Positions 63,126 to 64,000 of a stretch of DNA of 64,000 nt are shown here, piece by piece. Made by a program: the position numbers and the translations under genes. The notes under the pieces are model-generated. The model saw only the letters and a list, made by a program, of their open reading frames with translations, did not search any database and was not told the origin of the DNA. Every line of letters begins with the position of its first letter. Within the stretch, counting starts at the first letter, position 1. Source of the stretch: Nostoc sp. DedSLP01. Lineage in GTDB: Bacteria; Cyanobacteriota; Cyanobacteriia; Cyanobacteriales; Nostocaceae. The stretch lies in contig JAVRCJ020000014.1 of assembly GCA_034530875.2 (NCBI GenBank), positions 1 through 64,000 of the forward strand, in the 5' to 3' direction.

Positions 63126-64000
63126 ATGAATATAGCAGTGGTGGGGTTAAGCCATAAAACAGCCCCAGTAGAAGTCCGGGAAAAGTTGAGCATTCCAGAA
63201 CAACAAATTGAAAGTGCGATCGCTCATCTTACCAGTTGCCCCCATATTGACGAAGTTGCAATTCTTAGCACCTGCAACCGCCTGGAAATTTACATTGTTA
63301 CCAGCGAAGCAGATCAAGGTATCCGGGAAGTAACTCAATTTCTCGCAGAACATAGCAAATTACCTGTGAATTCTTTGCGGCAACACCTGTTTATGTTGTT
63401 GCATGATGATGCAGTCATGCATGTGATGCGGGTAGCTGGCGGTTTAGATAGTCTGGTACTCGGAGAAGGTCAAATTCTAGCCCAAGTCAAGACTACTCAC
63501 AAATTGGGACAGCAATATAACGGTATAAAAACCATTTTGAATCGATTATTTAAACAAGCGCTAACAGCTGGTAAGCGAGTTCGCACTGAAACTAGTATTG
63601 GTACTGGCGCTGTCTCTATCAGTTCGGCAGCTGTGGAATTAGCACAAATGAAAGTAGCAAATTTAGCTGCTTGTCGAGTGGCAATTCTGGGTGCTGGGAA
63701 AATGTCGCGGTTGCTAGTACAACACTTGCTTTCTAAAGGTGCCGTGGAAATTAGCATTGTCAATCGCTCTCGCGAACGCGCCCAAGAATTAACCAAACAG
63801 TTCCCAGAACAACCTATTAAAATTCACACCCTATCGGAAATGATGACAGTAATTGCCGATAGCGATTTAGTGTTTACAAGTACTTCTGCAACAGAGCCGA
63901 TACTCGACCGTGCCAAATTGGAAATGGTTTTAGAAACTCAGCGCTCTTTGATGTTATTTGATATTTCTGTGCCGCGCAACGTTCATGCAGATGTAAACGA
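63126..64000 (+). CDS. hemA: Glutamyl-tRNA reductase (5' part, runs off the window)
   Basis: Hand translation [21 protein letters not shown].., [20 protein letters not shown] and GAGKM. Confidence 0.96.
   Translation, partial: MNIAVVGLSHKTAPVEVREKLSIPEQQIESAIAHLTSCPHIDEVAILSTCNRLEIYIVTSEADQGIREVTQFLAEHSKLPVNSLRQHLFMLLHDDAVMHVMRVAGGLDSLVLGEGQILAQVKTTHKLGQQYNGIKTILNRLFKQALTAGKRVRTETSIGTGAVSISSAAVELAQMKVANLAACRVAILGAGKMSRLLVQHLLSKGAVEISIVNRSRERAQELTKQFPEQPIKIHTLSEMMTVIADSDLVFTSTSATEPILDRAKLEMVLETQRSLMLFDISVPRNVHADVN

Overview
Chromosomal segment of a filamentous, probably heterocyst-forming (Nostocales-like) cyanobacterium, judged from abundant HIP1 octamers (GCGATCGC), heptamer STRR-type intergenic repeats and cyanobacterial genes (psbX, ycf66, cyAbrB, ictB, cyanoexosortase B). 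The backbone carries smpB, ictB, a cyanoexosortase-B/Wza/Wzc polysaccharide cluster, two rhomboids, uvrB, calA, sdhB, psbX, accC, tRNA-Leu(GAG), cobM, lgt, coaD, tadA, grxC, glpX and the 5' part of hemA. Three accessory blocks stand out. (1) 15.6-22.5 kb is an AT-rich co-oriented operon: EAD-like+trypsin protease, an unknown 368-aa protein, EAD-like+inactive STAND, MoxR AAA+, vWA, and an effector gene. It looks like a MoxR-vWA ternary conflict system. Its effector is split at an A7 slippery run, and the downstream frame carries a close copy of Ycf35/DUF1257 plus a zinc ribbon. This is the best candidate for an undescribed system variant. (2) 24.3-25.4 kb is a cluster of broken toxin-antitoxin modules. 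(3) 31.4-37.9 kb is an island with a CHAT-NB-ARC-TPR protein, HicAB, a PIN TA pair, an aspartic protease, a hydrophobic-hairpin protein and a 21-bp HIP1-based tandem array. The response regulator at the left edge is cut mid-domain by foreign-looking DNA. All family calls come from motif recognition by eye; no searches were run.
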